Under the pieces are notes generated by a model. That model ran no database searches and was not told the origin of the DNA. It worked only from the letters and a program-made list of their open reading frames with translations. The translations under genes and the position numbers were made by a program. A stretch of 64,000 bases of DNA from Schmidtea nova. Lineage: Eukaryota. The stretch is taken from the NCBI GenBank assembly GCA_044892505.1, contig CM097884.1, positions 99,758,001 to 99,822,000 of the forward strand, in the 5' to 3' direction. Numbering within the stretch: position 1 is the stretch's first letter; every line of letters begins with the position of its first letter. Shown here in pieces: positions 61,513 to 64,000 of this stretch.

Positions 61513-64000
61513 GCTCTCTATACCCTAAATATTGCAACATGTCAGGTAGTCACATCACTCAATGCCACAAACTCATGACTGTTTATTATCGTCAGAAGTT
61601 TAATGGCATTGATTACTATATATGCCCAAAATGTGAGACTTCACAATCCCTACCCTACTCTGATTTTTATTCTAAACATCATGAGCATCTTACACAATTT
61701 TTCAAATCGAAAAAACTTATTTTTAAAAAATGTAAAAATCAATCTTCTTCGTCGATTAAGGTATCTACTGAGAAATCAACTTCTTTGAATAATGTATCTG
61801 CTGAGAAATCGTCTTCGGTTAAAATTTCGTCGAATAATGTATCTGTTGATAATTCTTCTAAGAATAAATTACTCAATAATTTATTAAATAATTCAGACGT
61901 TCAAATTATTAATATAAATAATAATAATAATAATAATAATAATATCAAGAAAAGACCTGCTGATAAAATTAAAATTATTGCACCTAAAAAATATAAACCA
62001 GAAGTAATTATAATTAGCGACGATGAGGAAATTATTAATCAAATAGGAGGATCTATTGATATCGACGATGAGCCTGTAGTGGAAAAAGACTTAAGGGGAT
62101 CTCGACGCTCGTTAACTTTTAATGTCGAATCCCATAATATTAATCAAATTGCTGTCACAGAAAAAATTTCTGTGCGGTTAAATAAAGAAATTATCAAAAT
62201 GGGGAACGTAAAAATTCAATTCGCCCTTAATATTGAATTTGAAAAAGATGGGGTCTTTAAGAATGAATTTTTGTCCACTAAAGCTGAGATCTTTTCAGAT
62301 AATTTCTTAATAGAAAGCATTAGGAAATTATATAATAAAATAGAAAATTTTACACAACGGGGTAGCGGCTGGATTGTTAATAAAATAATGGAAATCCATT
62401 TTATTTTGACAAAAATTTCTACCATGAATCGATTATCTGGCCACGGACATTTTGAAACTCCTAACCCATTAAAAAATAAAAGGGCAATTATAAATGTAAA
62501 AAATTCAGATGATTTATGTTTTATATATAGTGTTTTGGCTATAACAAAATATAATTTAATCGTTAATAATCATAGTTCAGCCTCGAGTTATGTACCGTAT
62601 TTAAATGATTTAGTTTTTGACCCTTTAAAAGACTGTCCCATGAAATTATGCAATATCCCTAAATTCGAAAATAATAACCCTGGCTTAGCCATTAATGTGC
62701 TATCTTATAACCCTAAAGTGATTAGAAATAACAATATAGATATAGAAGATGATGATTATGTTCCTCATCATCCCCACTTGGTAATAATCCATCGCACAAA
62801 ATTAAATCATTTAAACCCTATTTATCTTTTATTATTAGAAGATAAGGGAATTTTCCATTATACTGCAGTTATTAATCTGCAAAGGTTAATGAACAGTAGT
62901 ATAAATAGTACAGTTACCAATAGGATTCAGTCGATATGGTGTCCCAGATGTTTAAACGGTTTCCGTATTCAGGAAACCTTTGATAAGCATTTTAATTTAT
63001 GTAAAAATAATCAAATAGGTGCAACCCTTTATAGTCTACCAAAAAATAAATATTTAGAATTTAAGGACTATTCCAAAACCGTAACCCCACCTTTCGTAAT
63101 TTATGCTGACTTTGAGTCAATTTTATCGGGTGATGACAGGTATCACCAAAAACATTTACCGATATCAGCAGGTCTATTACTTTTAAATAATTTAAATAAT
63201 TCAAAATCATATTATGAATTTATAGGTCTTGAATGTGTGTTAGAATTTTTAAAGAAAGTGGAGGAAATTGCTGTCACAATAGTACTCCCGTATTATGATT
63301 TATTCGGAAATACTCCATTAGGGCCTTTATCATTTGCTGAGCAGGAAGCTTTTAGGACTTGTTCAAATTGTTATTTATGTAAGAAACCAATTAGAAATAG
63401 AGTTCGTGATCACGATCACTTTTCTGGTAGATATCTTGGCGCTGCTTGCAACATTTGTAATATTTCCCGTAGAATTAGAAAACACTTACCTGTTATTTTT
63501 CATAATTTGAAAGGTTATGACCTACATCACATTTTGAAGTATGGTCTGTCTGATTGTTCATCTTGGGAATTAAATATTATTCCGACTACTACAGAGAAAT
63601 TTATTTCTCTTATAGCTCACATTGATAAACTTGCTGTTAGGTTTATTGACAGTTATCAATTTGTATCAGAGTCTTTAGATAATGCGGTTAAAACTCTGTC
63701 AGTTTTTCCCTTAACATCTTCAGTTTTCACTGGTTCAATTATGGATTGTAAGGGTATTTTCCCTTTTAATTTTGCTACGAGTCTTGAAGTCCTAGAATCC
63801 ACTCTTGAATTGCCTCCGATTTGGGCTAAGGTGTCTGAGGCTGATTATTTACGAGCTCAACAAATTTGGACTGAAAATAATTGTCTCAACTTGTTAGACT
63901 ATATGAAGGTTTATCTAAAGTTGGATGTATTTCTTCTAGCGGATTACTTTCAACAATTTCGAGCTAAGTCCATTGCTCACAATGGCTTAGATCCCTTAAA
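61513..64000 (+). CDS. Protein-primed family B DNA polymerase, main exon, open to the window edge
   Basis: Hand translation is open throughout. QRGSGW; OTU-like DLCF...FHY; Zn finger WCPRC; Exo I VIYADFES; HNH/endonuclease VII-like insert CYLC...RDHDHFSG...CNIC; Exo II IFHNLKGYD; Exo III YLKLDV. Confidence 0.97.

Larger units (their letters stand above)
50470..64000 (+). mobile_element. Polinton/Maverick (adintovirus-like), left end and most of the genome; continues beyond the window
   Basis: Begins AGTAGTAGG at 50470. Encodes ATPase, integrase, penton, MCP, protease and pPolB. Predicted TSD is TGCACC (50464-50469); its partner lies outside the window. Confidence 0.97.

Noticed and set aside
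50470-64000. Bacteriophage or contaminant origin of the virus-like genes
   Set aside because: Predicted spliceosomal introns, a chromodomain integrase, an AGTAGT terminus and insertion into a Gypsy element indicate an endogenous eukaryotic Polinton.

Overview
AT-rich eukaryotic scaffold with seven N gaps. It is invertebrate; the base composition and ~45-55 nt introns would fit a triclad planarian, but that is inference. About 1-30 kb is a stack of mostly decayed transposons: four hAT transposase families, a Penelope-like element, two mariners (one intact) and pogo/MULE MITEs, with a hAT MITE just beyond at 31.7-32.4 kb. This stack lies downstream of the only clear host gene, the first coding exon of an atypical O2-type soluble guanylate cyclase (30132-30893, minus). 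The right half holds two Polinton/Maverick-class elements. (1) An 11,122-bp non-autonomous element (34218-45339) has AGTAG termini, a 6-bp TSD and AP-1-site arrays in its TIRs. Its ~3.2-kb internal palindrome carries two inverted copies of a spliced IAP-type RING gene, and it splits an otherwise intact pogo transposase. (2) A Polinton (50470 to the window end) is inserted in a Gypsy pol region. It encodes ATPase, integrase, penton, MCP (one frameshift), adenain-like protease and pPolB, plus unusual cargo: a TBP-like gene and a possible SSB. Spliceosomal introns are predicted in the integrase, the pPolB 5' region and an accessory gene.
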